Below are positions 27,502-39,689 of a stretch of DNA of 64,000 bases, piece after piece. This DNA comes from Octopus sinensis. Taxonomy: Eukaryota. The stretch lies in NCBI RefSeq assembly GCF_006345805.1, contig NC_043000.1, forward strand, positions 31,744,001 through 31,808,000, written 5' to 3'. Positions within the stretch are counted from its first letter, which is position 1; every line of letters starts with the position of its first letter. The notes below the pieces were generated by a model. It made no database searches. It was not told the origin of the DNA and saw only the letters and a program-made list of their open reading frames with translations. Position numbers and translations under genes: made by a program.

Positions 27502-27519
27502 GAGAGAGAGAGAGAGAGA

Positions 27520-27557
27520 GAGATAGATAGATAGATGATAGATAGATAGATAGATAG

Positions 27558-27604
<47 letters not shown>

Positions 27605-27640
27605 CATACATTAAGTACACACACGTGTGTGTGTGTGTGT

Positions 27641-27685
<45 letters not shown>
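27520..27685. repeat. (AGAT)n + (TG)n microsatellites
   Basis: Direct reading. Confidence 0.95.
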
Positions 27686-27686
<1 letters not shown>

Positions 27687-27939
27687 GGCTGTCATTATTT
27701 AGCAATGAATCAGAAATTAAAGTTGCTTGTATTTGTAGTAAAAATTCTTTAAAATTTCGCAAGTGCAAAGAACTGGTTTGATATTTAGAAAGTTGACATT
27801 TTTGAAGTCTTGTTTTCAGAAGTAAACTCTATAAAGATGCTGTTTAAAATTTCGTTTTTAAAATTTCGTCGTTACCTCTTACAAAAAAAAGTTGCGCATT
27901 TTATCGTTCAAAGTAATGATTAACCGAGAAGGAAAACGA

Positions 27940-28810
27940 TGAAACTCAGAAGAGATCACAGTTCTTATTGACAAGGTGTTGTTAGGGCTTAAAACGAATA
28001 ACGCTTTGTATTCAGTTCAACACATTAACGAAGATGAGGTAAGTTGTGTTTAACTCCCAGGCAGCTGGAGAAGCAATATTTATGCATTTGAGTTCTAGGA
28101 GACTATCAACTATGTTATTCAGAACGATATGTTTGAAGAATACAATTAGTAAATTTCTCACGCATTAACAATTGATAGGCATATCTGTCAGAAAATGTTG
28201 TATAACATCTTCGGAAAACTGTTCCTTAAAATAATCATAGTGTTACCAATACACTCGTGTCTGCGCTTCAAATTTAGATCTAAAGATTGTAGCGCATTCA
28301 AAACATTTCACATCAACTACCACCACAGTATCACACACACACTTGGAAACTCTGGAGGTTTGTGATACAGGAAAGAAGTCAGATTTATATTTTGTTGAGA
28401 ACAATCTCTATTGTATTTTCTCGATGTATATTTAAAAGCTGGAAATTTAAAGAAAATACAAAGGCCTCTAAAAAGAAGTGTATTACTTTCAAAGCACTTA
28501 ATAAAATCATTTACTTATTTTGACACTTTGTTTGCAGGCAAATAATAAAAATGTGACACTGATTGCAAACTTCAAAGAAAATAAGTGGAATGAGCCCATA
28601 GCTAAATACTGTCACAAAAGATCGATAAAATCCACATACAAAATAGATTTAAAGGCTTTAGGTGATAGCTTTGAAGAACTGACTGACGGACAGGGATTTT
28701 ACAAGCGTCTGTTTGACATGACGTTATGAGAGGTAAAATGGAAAGATAAGATAGAAATATTTGAGAAATACTGTTTCATGGAATGACCAAAGTTCTGATA
28801 AGCCCACAAC
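27940..28810 (+). pseudogene. Decayed coding-like region of unknown family, or exons 27951-28038 + 28538-28729 of an unknown gene
   Basis: Protein-like frames (EEITVLIDKVLLGLKTNNALYSVQHINEDE; ANNKNVTLIANFKENKWNEPIAKYCHKRS...LFDMTL*); GAG|GTAAGT donor and TTTGCAG| acceptor are phase-compatible, but the intervening and downstream sequence is also coding-like. Confidence 0.3.
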
Positions 28811-29259
28811 GTGAAGAGCAAAAATAAATAAGAATTTACAGGGGATTTTATACTCAATAGTCAAGTTTGATTCCTTTTGGATTATAATTTTACACTGTGC
28901 AATAAACGAGTTAATGTTTTATATTTAATGCATGATCCTATAGCTGAAAATATATGGTTAAATAGTTCAATCATTTGAAATTATCGTTGCAAGAAAAAAT
29001 AATTCAAATTGGTTTCAAACAGTGGACTTCAAAATAAATAGGTTTGTAACTTTGAGGAAAACTTTCTTGTGTCCAACGCTGACTATAAGTAGTGGTTTAG
29101 TCTCAAAAACAAACATAAAGCCGTTTAGCTGTCACTTTGATATACTAAGAATGAAAGGCTCTGAGTCTAGAGTGTACAAAAATGGGTAAATTCCAAAGAA
29201 AATAGAGACCAAAAAGTTTCTGAGGTACTTAAGTATATAAATGTTAATCTGTGAAGTTT

Positions 29260-29700
29260 ATATTCACCCTCCTTTCAACAGAAATACTGAGTGGCACCCC
29301 TTTGCAAAGGCACCATCTTTGCTATTGCTCACATCTAGGACCGCCAACATACCATTCAGGTCCATGAAGATTGTCCGCACTTCGTGATTCAGGTATTTCT
29401 TAACCACAACTTCCACCCTGTCTTTCACTCCAAACCGACTAAGTGATGCGTAGTCCCAAAGCAATTGAAAATGGGAGCTAGTGTGCGTGTGCGAGAAACC
29501 CTGGTCTCACTGGCAGCTATCACATCCAAACATAACAACTGGAGGTCATTGAGCAAGCGATCTTGCTTCCAAGACGACTCCAGGCCACGCACATTTATGC
29601 ACCCCACTCTAATATTTGCCATCTTGGCCGGAAAGAGTTGAGAGAAAAGATAAAGTTGAGGTTACTTAACTTGCCGGTGTTGTCGGCGGGTGAGCCTTTC
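29260..29700 (-). mobile_element. Tx1/L1-clade ORF2 N-terminus (APE endonuclease) fragment
   Basis: MANIRVGCINVRGL..KQDRLLNDL..LDVIAASET and VVVKKYL..IFMDLNGMLAVLDV match the APE N-terminal pattern. Confidence 0.75.
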
Positions 29701-29719
29701 ATGGAACCCTCTGAGCTAT

Positions 29720-30030
29720 CCTTTCATGGAACCCTCTGAGCTTCCTCATCCAATAACCTTGGACCCCATTTGGTTCTGAGCTCTTCCAATTTGGGAATTT
29801 TCTTAACTACTTTTTTTTTACCATTTCTGTAGTTATCTTTGTCTTCTTGGACCTTCATATTTCTTAACCTATCTTGAATTTCATGCAGCCACTCTGCTCC
29901 ATCACTATGCTCTACAGGTTTATCCCAGATCCTTCTCCAGAATGACTTGCTTTTCTCTGCATCTGGTATCATTGTTATGTGTATTTGCCCATCTAGTTCC
30001 TGAAACAGTTTCTTCTAATTTGCTTCAAAC
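29720..30030 (-). mobile_element. R4-like pre-RT fragment
   Basis: PDAEKSKSFWRRIWDKPVEH..AEWL; GVQGYWMRKL (RT domain 0/1 region). Confidence 0.75.
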
Positions 30031-30862
30031 ACTAAAACAATCACAACCTCATCTCAAAAGAAAGCATGCACAACAGCAAGCAAACACATAGACACCAAAC
30101 TTCGTGCTGTAAGGAGGGCCAATGATGAATTGATGGCCCTCATAGCTTGAAACAAAGACATAGAGAGAAGAGTGCAATTTGCAGCACAAGTACTTTTAAA
30201 ATGCCTGATGACTTAATGTTAGTGAGAATGCCTCTTAACTCATACAAGAACATCGGGAGGTTTTGCCATACGACGTGGGAACGCCACGAGCAGACGTTTA
30301 AAGGGATTCCCAAAGGAATCCCAACCAAACTCGGAGGTCAACTTCTTGCCTAGGGCGAGCCCACAGCAATATCATATCTTCTCCACTATTTCAGTATTAC
30401 GTGTTAAAAGTGAAACAAAAACATCTCTCTATTGTAATGTCAGATACTTTCACTTTAATACTGAAACTATTAAAGTCAAACTATTATATAAGAGGGATGA
30501 GCCATTAACAGTGGACATCCATTTTGCCAGAAGATCCGCTATGGTCTTATATGCTACACCACTGGTTTTCAATTCATATTAATCAAATTAATATTCAATT
30601 TCTCACCCTTATTTTAAATTTAAATTTAAACCCAGGACCTTGTGTTTTGGAATGAAGTTTGTTACCACACAGCCACACCTGCACCTATGTATGTATGTGT
30701 GTGTGTGTGTATGTGTGTATAGCTGTATATGTATACATTTATTTCTATACATATAGATGTATAAGTATACATGTATATGTGTAGATATATATATATAGAT
30801 GTACATGTAATATGTACACATATATATTCACATATATACATGTATACATACATACACCCATA

Positions 30863-30913
<51 letters not shown>

Positions 30914-30921
<8 letters not shown>

Positions 30922-31082
30922 GTGTGGCTGTGTGGTAACAAACTTCGTTCCAAAACACATGGTCCTCAGTTCAGTCCCACTGTGTGGTGACTTGGCATGT
31001 GTCTTCTGTTATAGCCTCAGACCAACCAAAGCCTTGCCAGTGGATTTTGTAGACAGAAACTGAAAGAAATCAATCGTATATA
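30914..31082 (+). mobile_element. SINE family A head, with inverted 53-bp copy at 30634-30686
   Basis: aggtgcaggtgtggctgtgtggtaacaaact...; the inverted partner shares its non-consensus bases. Confidence 0.85.
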
Positions 31083-31476
31083 TATATGTATGTATATATG
31101 TAAGTCTGTGTGTGTGTCTTTGTGTTTCTCCCTCAGCACTGCCTAACAACTGGTGTTCGTTTATTTACATCCCCATGACTTACTGGTGTCACAAGAAGAA
31201 ACTGATAGAATAAGTACCAGGCTTATCAAAATAAAAAAAAACACTAGGCAGTATCTCATATTTTTGTTTGCCCACATAATTTATCTTTGTGTGTGTGTGT
31301 GTATCGGTGTGTATATCGACTTATCAACATAAAAATAGCACTACGCTGTGTCTCATATTTTTGTTTGCCCACTCAATTTATCTTTGTGTATGTGTGTGTG
31401 TATGTATGTGTATATACATATATATATATATATATAATACACACACACGCGCACACACACACACACACACACACAC

Positions 31477-31543
<67 letters not shown>

Positions 31544-31580
31544 TATATGTATATATATACATGTATGTATATGTGTACAT

Positions 31581-33259
31581 TCATATTTATTATATCAAAG
31601 ACAATATCTTTATGTGTTCGTGTATTACTTATACATTCGAAGACTGCTGCACCGATCATAATGAAATTTGGAACACAAAATCGAAGCCCAGGGAGAAAGG
31701 TAATGCTGTGTTTCATACAATTTCATGGACCAAAATTTCGGAATGGATCCTAATGATATTTGAAACTTAGATTCAATGCATAAGGGCGGGTATAATGCAA
31801 TATGTTTGGCTTGAATTTCGGATGGCTTAAAGGGGGCAGAACCCCCCATGAAAATTCATAAATTTTCGATGTTGATGAAATTTCAACCATGGGTAATTGA
31901 CACATAAGAAGTATTCTCAAAGATTCCACTTCACATGAGGATTCTAAGACACCCTAATGGGGGCCTTAACCCCCAAATTTTAGTCACTTCTTTTATGATC
32001 CAAAACTAAGTCAAAAGTACTGAATGGATCTTTACGAAATGTGGAAATTATATTCTATGCATAAGGGCCATAACCCCCATGATAATTCATATATTTTTGC
32101 TGTTGATGAAATTTTAACCATAGATATTAGATACAAATGAAGTAATATTTATGAAATTTCATCTTCTTACAAGTTAGGAAGACCCCCACCATGGGGACTT
32201 AACACCCACAATTTTGTCATTTTATCTAAGCAAAGACGAATAGTTGTACTCTTGGAAGCTGTGGGGTCATCCGAGCATAGAAGATGCGCATTATTGGTAA
32301 TTCAATGGTACAAAAGTGTAAGAGTTTGCTTTGACATACACTTAGATTGGGATTTCTGCAATGTGCTACATAAATTGTCAAGTAAATGAGAGGCATCTTT
32401 GCCTCCACTGATTCAGTTGCAAAGTATTGAGTAAAGTTATTTGATTGCATATCTACTTTCAGTATTTTTATTATCAATTGGTCACACATAGTCCCCAGAT
32501 GGTAATATTGATTTTAAGGCCTTCCCAGATGAGTGACTGGTTATTCAAAGACATTTATAGATTGTATATTTATTCTGTCCAGTTACGTATCATTATAGTG
32601 GTCATTTGCAAACTCCAACTTTCATTTCTCCTTAGCCCTCACGTCACACAGTTGTTAACGTTTATTTCAGTTGGGTCACGCCCTTCCAATTGCTATAGAT
32701 TCGTAATGCATCTTACAGCTGTGCCTGTTACCTGGATGATGACGAATACTACATTGGGAGTGGTAACGACTAGGGTAGGGTAACTGACTGCTTATTGTGA
32801 TCATTCGTCTTTTGGTTTCCTGTAGCTTTGCTCTCTTTTACAAACCCAGTGAGCATATATTTCATATTTCAAAGAAATTCAAACAACAGATATAAGACCC
32901 AAGTAAAAAAGATTCTCAACAATTCAACTTCTTCTCTGGTTGACATTAAGACGCCCACCCCCAACAGGGGCCTTAACTCTCACATTTTAGAGCTCTATGA
33001 CCTTCATTTTTTAGGAGCAAAATCTTTTTAACAGGTTCAATAAGACTGCAATTTTGGAATATGCGCATAAAAATCAGTAGTATGGGATATATGTGGCACG
33101 ATTACAATTTTTGGGGGTGTGTAAGGAGGGAAATAACCCTCATCTGCAATTTTGATGAAATTCGAAACATAGATATTCCAGTTCATTAGAGAAAATATAA
33201 CAGAAAAGTATAATTCTTCAATTGTATGTAACGCGGGCAACGCCGGGTATCTCTGCTAG
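31581..33259 (+). mobile_element. Non-autonomous Helitron-like element with internal ~200-bp degenerate repeats and an unrelated internal segment
   Basis: 3' end CGCGGGCAACGCCGGG hairpin + CTAG|T (33232-33260); TC-ATATTTATTATAT 5' start is approximate; repeated gatgaaattt / gggg..cccc blocks. Confidence 0.62.
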
Positions 33260-33488
33260 TTGTTAATATATTTCATCGCATAAAACTAAGAAATATTCGA
33301 TTATGTTTTATAGAATGGAGATTACAACAAACTGAAGAAAAATAGTTCAAAGAACTGAAATATTTTACTTGTTAGATTGTAATCATAATTTGTTTTATAT
33401 GAAAACGGGGAACGCTGTAACCCATCCCCACTACACATATCAAACTCACTACCGACAAAATCCCTTTCTTGAACAAGTGTTTTATTAA

Positions 33489-33693
33489 AGGAAGCATATT
33501 AAAATTTTAAAGGGACTTTATCAAGGAAAATCTTATTGAATTTTAAAATAAGTTTTAAAAGATTTCCAATAAGTTTTCTTTTGATAAACTTCTCAAATAT
33601 TTCCATAAACCCAAAAGAGTTTCGATAACTTTATTTAATTAACATTCCCTTTAAAAAAAAAAGAGAGAGAGAAATATTTTTAGTATGCTTCCT
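33489..33693. mobile_element. 205-bp MITE, Kolobok-like (TTAA TSD, AG..CT ends)
   Basis: TTAA 33485-33488 / 33694-33697; TIR AGGAAGCATA(T/C)TAAAA. Confidence 0.72.
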
Positions 33694-34250
33694 TTAAAAT
33701 AATATTTATGCAAAAGAGGTGGGGTCTGTCGCTTGAGGTTTTCTTCGTCAGTTATTAAAACATGTCACTACATTTTTTAAAAATCATGAGATAGATGTAC
33801 CAAAATTATCTTCAAACCATTTTACATTTCTCTTCACACAAACCTTCAGCGCACACATACTTTTACAAAGAAAAATATTTATACAACACAATTTTCAACC
33901 CTCAGAAAACCCAATGTCTGCAGTTTCTTCTCTGCTCATGTTTTACCTGCAATTGTCATTCGGTTCTTTTAATGGCATCAAACTCGATGGTTTCAAAAGA
34001 GTTTAGAAAAGCCGTGGACACAATCCTTACATCTTCATATCTCAAGGTTTGCCTCCTTTTTTCAGTCACAACAATTGCCGAAACTCTACAAAGTTCAGTT
34101 GGGGCCCGTATGTGAGTATTGCGGCCACATGTGAGACAGTACTGCTGCTATACACACAAATTTCGTGGGCATATGCAGAGAAGGGCTATTTACTTGATTA
34201 GCATCCAATCACAATTGAACACGCACAACTCTGTCCCACAAGCATGTTTC

Positions 34251-34306
<56 letters not shown>

Positions 34307-34319
34307 ATCGCTACTATAA

Positions 34320-34560
34320 TCTCTCTTCCTCGGAGTTTATTGGTTCCATACTTTCTCCTCAAGGAAACTCTTTCCCGATCCACTCGTCTCTCCACCTCCA
34401 GTCACCCAGCTGTATCCAATGTCACCTTACTCTCACATTAACTATAAATCCTAGTCCTTTCTCTCCGAACTATAATCCCTCTGGAATTTTCTATCTTCTC
34501 TTATCTTTCCTGCGGATGTTGACTTGCAACAGTTTCAACAGAACAATAGCATCTCTCCCA
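34320..34560 (+). mobile_element. CR1/L2/Jockey-group LINE 3' fragment
   Basis: RSTRLSTSSHP..; SLWNFLSSLIFPADVDLQQF resembles the conserved C-terminal motif. Confidence 0.5.
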
Positions 34561-35002
34561 CCAAACTGGGGGAGCCTACAAAGACCATGAACCCTGTCGT
34601 TTCCTCCAGACTCAGCAGCTAAAAGTGAGATTAAACCAATAAAAAAAAACGTGCGAATCTATTTGGTCGCTACAAACTAGAATAGACACACTAGTATTTA
34701 AAACTGCGTTGTTATATACCTGTGGATGTGTGAAACTATTTTGTCACTATTATATACATATCGATATATGATAGAAATTGCTATGTACCAAAGTAGTTCG
34801 GTCGTATTTTGTTTTCAGTATAACGAATTTTATTATCCGTATAACTGATTGAAAGCTAAGACAATGGTGATAAATAAGCTAAGGTGTAGACCCCGAATAG
34901 ATAATAGCGAGGCAGTTCCCGGAGTTGAGATTTGTGTAATCAATCAAACAAACGCAGCGAGTCGTGCCAGCGTTTTACTAGCTTGTTATATTTGATGAGG
35001 AG

Positions 35003-35235
35003 GAGGCGACGAGCTGGCAGAAACGTTAGCGCGCCGAGCGAAATGCTTAGTGGTATTTCGTCTGTCGTTACGTTCTGAGTTCAAATTCCGCCGAGGTCGA
35101 CCTTGCCTTTCATCCTCTCGAGGTCGATAAATAAAGTACCAGTTACGCACTGGGGTCGATGTAATCGACTTAATGCCTATGTCTGTCCTTGCTTGTCCCC
35201 TCTATGTTTAGCCCCTTGTGGGTAGTAAAGAAATA
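35003..35235 (+). mobile_element. SINE family B, full length
   Basis: Homology to 5124-5343. Confidence 0.9.
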
Positions 35236-35299
35236 TATATTTAATGATGAGAATATAGTGACTGTAGAACACTTTTACTGCAACTGAAATCTAATTAGC

Positions 35300-36300
35300 C
35301 GCTACTGTGGATGTATTTCCATTTAGATTCCTACAGAAACTACTCAAAACGTATGTTAATGTAACCAACTAAAGATAATGACCGTTTAAATAATAACCAG
35401 AATAACAAAAGAAACTTCTTTACTTCTGCTAGTTTAGCATAACGTGGAATGGTTCGATAAAGAGCTAGCATAAGATTTGATGGTTTGGTTTCTTCTAACA
35501 AATCTAAAAGGCAAAAATCGATCGCTTCTATTCGAAGCACTCAACGAAGTCTGAACATCAAAGTGCTTGATGCTTTAAACAATGGTAAGTGTTCCCAGAA
35601 GTCCATCCATGCTCTTAACATTGAAAGATATGAAAAGATGCTGCAATCTCTATCTTCTCAACAACACTAGCATCTGTGTTCATTTGACCTTTATCAGGTC
35701 GGAATGATAACTGAGTTGTGTTTTCTGGCCCGAGGAGCTGCAATTTCCATAATGGGCATCAAGAGGAAATATTCTATCTGGTGGCTAACAGCAACTGCTG
35801 ACTATATCCTAGACAATTCACTTATCAGCCAGCTCCTCCTCCGACCTTTCCTTTTCTTATTTGTTTTTAATCTTGCAGCATTTTCTACAATTATTAGCTA
35901 TACTGGCCGCCACACTCTCTCATGTTCTATTAAGAGTTATACAAAGTTTAACAGCTGCGAAGTTTCCTTCAAATACGTTACTTTTCTGCTTGAATAACCT
36001 ACCTGCCAATTTATACTAGACCAATGAACAATGCGATTTCTTCGACGGATTCCTCTCGTTGTTAATTAAAACAAGTATTTCCCAAAAGGGATTCTTCTTG
36101 AAGATCCAAGAGAAAAACCAAAAATGTGTTTTATTTTAGTCTAATCATGCAAGATCAAGTTCCTGCAACACTTTTATTCAATACAAGCATAAATATCTCG
36201 TGTCACCGGCGCGTTGCATTCCTGAAAATTCTCGTGGGAACATATAGTTCCGTAACGAGAGGCATTTTCTTTTTCCTTTTCAGTGACTTACATACTACAC
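35300..36300 (-). pseudogene. Possible pogo/Tc1-mariner DDE transposase relic
   Basis: Only weak motif resemblance (C*EHGWTSG..CLKH; ETKPS..; AKLAEVKKFLLLF) across frames. Confidence 0.2.
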
Positions 36301-36809
36301 TGAGGTCATAGAACAGAGAAATCAATGGGGGAAATACATTACGCGCAACAGAACTCCACGTTACAGTAAACCTTTCATGAATGCAACTCTTCCATATTGT
36401 GGGTTGGAATGGCGCCGGTAATGGACAGACAGAAAGAACATGGAACTCTCGCTATGACTGATTCCGATCTTATATCAGACGGCATGTTGATTAGAATCTG
36501 TTGATCTCTGGGGAAGATATTGGCGACTACCAACATGTGGTACATGATAACATCTACATTTGTTACACTCTGACATTCCGCACTTATCACAAGCTGGCAA
36601 CGTCCATAGGTTTAACTCTCAACATGTGCTAAAAATTGGTGTTTTATCTGTGTTACACATTCACATCCTACATTAAACACTGGCACTCTACATATGCAAC
36701 GCAGACACGCTACATGTGGAACACACTGCTACACTACATGCCTTAAATGCTGACAACCAGCATGTATTACACACTGAAATCCTACATATACTAAGCGACA
36801 ATACTTTAC

Positions 36810-37130
36810 ATAATCAGCTTAGTGGTTGGGATGTTGCATTCACGACCGCTAGATCGTAGGTTCGATTCCCGGTCAGAGCAGCGTGTTACGTTCTTGAACA
36901 AAACACTTCCTTTCACGTTGCTGCTCTGGTGCTGGGTGGGGACCGCCATGCCAGACAATAGGCCCAACGTTTGCTCTGCGCGTCGTCGTAAAAGGCGACT
37001 AAAAGAGCTTGTGGTAGAATTTGCACTCCGACCTCGTAGAACGCTCACCTGCAACGGCTACCCAAAACAGACCCATGGGTGGCAAGAGGTTGTCACCTGA
37101 GTAGTGCAAAGGTGTCATCCGTCAGGAGTA
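36810..37130 (+). mobile_element. Composite: tRNA/CORE SINE head joined to a LINE-5'-like segment with an HDV-like fold
   Basis: A-box tagtggttgg, B-box ggttcgattcc, CORE-like cttgaacaaaacactt; then gtcgtaaaaggcgactaa. Confidence 0.5.
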
Positions 37131-37339
37131 GGGAATCGCCAACAAATATTGGTGATTCCCTACTCTATACATGTTGACGCTAAACATGTTTTACAGGCTA
37201 AAACCGAAGTTTATTACCCACGCCTATCACATGTAGCTATGAGTTAATAATTACAAATTAATATTTCATATTGTAGTTTAGATTTAACTATGACACTAAA
37301 TTGGTGAAGAAAACTCACTAATACAACATTGATTTCAAA

Positions 37340-37510
37340 TTTTGACGATATGCCAGCAAGTTTGGAGCAGAAGGTAAGTCGATTACATTGACCCCAGGAT
37401 TCAACTGGTACTTATTTTATCGATCCTGAAAGGATGAAAGGAAAAACTGACCACGGCGGCATTTGGACGCAGGACGTAAAGTCGGAAGAAATGCCGTTAA
37501 GCATTTTTAT
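37340..37510 (-). mobile_element. SINE family B, partial
   Basis: Reverse-complement homology to family B. Confidence 0.78.
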
Positions 37511-37602
37511 CGGCACAGTAACAATTCTATCATTTTGTGGCCTCAGCCCTGGCAACTTTAACTTAACCATACTCGTATCTGTCAATAATTTTTCTGGCAT
37601 AT

Positions 37603-37820
37603 ACTCTTTACTCTTTTACTCTTTTACTTGTTTCAGTCATTTGACTGCGGCCATTCTGGAGCACCGCCTTCAATCGAGCAACTCAACCCCGGGACTTATT
37701 CTTTTGTAAGCCCAGTACTTATTCTATCGGTCTCTTTTGCCGAACCGCTAAGTAACGGGGATATAAACACACCAGCATCGGTTGTCAAGCAATGCTACGG
37801 GGACAAACACAGACACACAA

Positions 37821-37855
<35 letters not shown>

Positions 37856-38028
37856 CATATATACGACGGGCTTCTTTCAGTTTCCGTCTACCAAATCCAC
37901 TCACAAGGCTTTGGTCGGCCCGAGGCTAGAGTAGAAGACACTTGCCCAAGGTGCCACGCAGTGGGACTGAACCCGGAACCATGTGGTTGGTAAACAAGCT
38001 ACTTACCACACAGCCACTCCTGCGCCTA
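37603..38028 (-). mobile_element. SINE family A, full length
   Basis: Homology to other copies. Confidence 0.92.
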
Positions 38029-38979
38029 TATATTAAGAAAATGAAATTAAGTTTTACATCTTAACGTAAAATCATTTGAAAATCATCAAAATGACAACCT
38101 TTCTTTTCCGTCTGTTTAATCATTAACGGAGTTAATTCAATAACAGCAAAGCAGTCATATCATTCAAATATGTGATCACGTAGTTGCCATTAACTCTTCT
38201 GCCACATACACAGCCATTAATAACATTACATTTCAACGTTACAACTTTGTTATTGTGAATGGTTTATAACTGTACTGTTGTTGTTTGAATGTTTTAAGTG
38301 AACATTTGAGAATTGCAATCAACTTTTATACTCAGACCGACAGAAGTCCATAAATGAGTCTTGTCACGTATAATTAGAGCTGACATGTAACTGAAGACTC
38401 TGCCTTTGGGTTTTCCTGTACTATATTTCCTAACAAAGACATCAGTTAATTACGATGAGGCGTTTATTTAACTGTAGTTCGACTTCATAAGATGAAGCAG
38501 AGGATCTGAGGAGGGGCTTAATGTATATCTGGAAACTGGAAGTTACCAGTTTCGGTCGATAACTGATGAAGTGTTAGGGTTCTGGTGTCTGCCCTGCGTG
38601 TACGTTTTGTAGCAGTTTATGCATTTTTCATTTATGGAATAACTGAACGCCACGCATCCCGACTTTGTTAACAGTAAGTGTATAGGTATATACTAGGGAA
38701 CGTAATTTTGATACATACATATAGGCAGTTTGTATATATTTAATCAAATAAGCTATGTTGTTTATGGTTTGTTATAAGATACATGAATCTTTGATGAAAT
38801 ACAATATTCCTTTAGAAATATCGTAATCTAATTTCTTGTAACAGCAAGATAGATTCTAGATAAAGAGACGTCTGCTTTTGCTTCGCTTTTATTAATTTGT
38901 TTGTTTATGAAAGCTGAATAGTAAAGGACCCCTAGCTATTGGCTACAACTGTACACGGTATGTATACTCGTAGGGTATA

Positions 38980-39017
<38 letters not shown>

Positions 39018-39187
39018 AGTAAGCACATAAATGCAAAGCAAGTTGGAAAAAATAGTACTCGAATGCCAAAGGTGAAATAATATGCTTTTTTTATTAAAGC
39101 AACGATGTTTTTACAGCGTTAATAGAAAAAAACGTTTGTGCGTGTGTATGTGGTGTGCATACACATGAGAATTTCGATATATATATA

Positions 39188-39352
39188 TTCTTTTATTTGT
39201 TTCAGTCATTTGACTGCGGCCACGCTGGAGCACCGCCTTTAGTCGAAAAAGTCGACGCCATGTCTCTTTTGCTGAACCGATAGGTTACGGGAATATAAGC
39301 ATAACAACATCGGTTGTCAAGTGAAGGTGAGGAGACAAACACAGACACGCAA

Positions 39353-39383
<31 letters not shown>

Positions 39384-39612
39384 ATATATAATATATATAT
39401 ATATAAAATTAGAAAAATAATAATTATATATATATATATATTTATATTTATATTTATACGACACGATTCTTTCAGCTCTCATCTATCAAATCCACTCACA
39501 AGGCTTTGGTTGGCCCGAAGCTATAGTAGAAGACACTTGCCCGCGATACCACACAGAATCATGAATCCATGTTTTGGGAAGCAAGCTTCTTACTACACAG
39601 CCACACCTGCGC
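39188..39612 (-). mobile_element. SINE family A, diverged with an internal deletion
   Basis: Homology to other copies. Confidence 0.8.
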
Positions 39613-39644
39613 ATATATACATATATATATATTATATAATATAT

Positions 39645-39687
<43 letters not shown>

Positions 39688-39689
39688 AA

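Noticed and set aside
33350-33390. CTGAAGA...AGTTC AAA GAACT GAAA hammerhead-like string
   Set aside because: 5-nt insertion before stem II and no stem I; likely chance in AT-rich DNA
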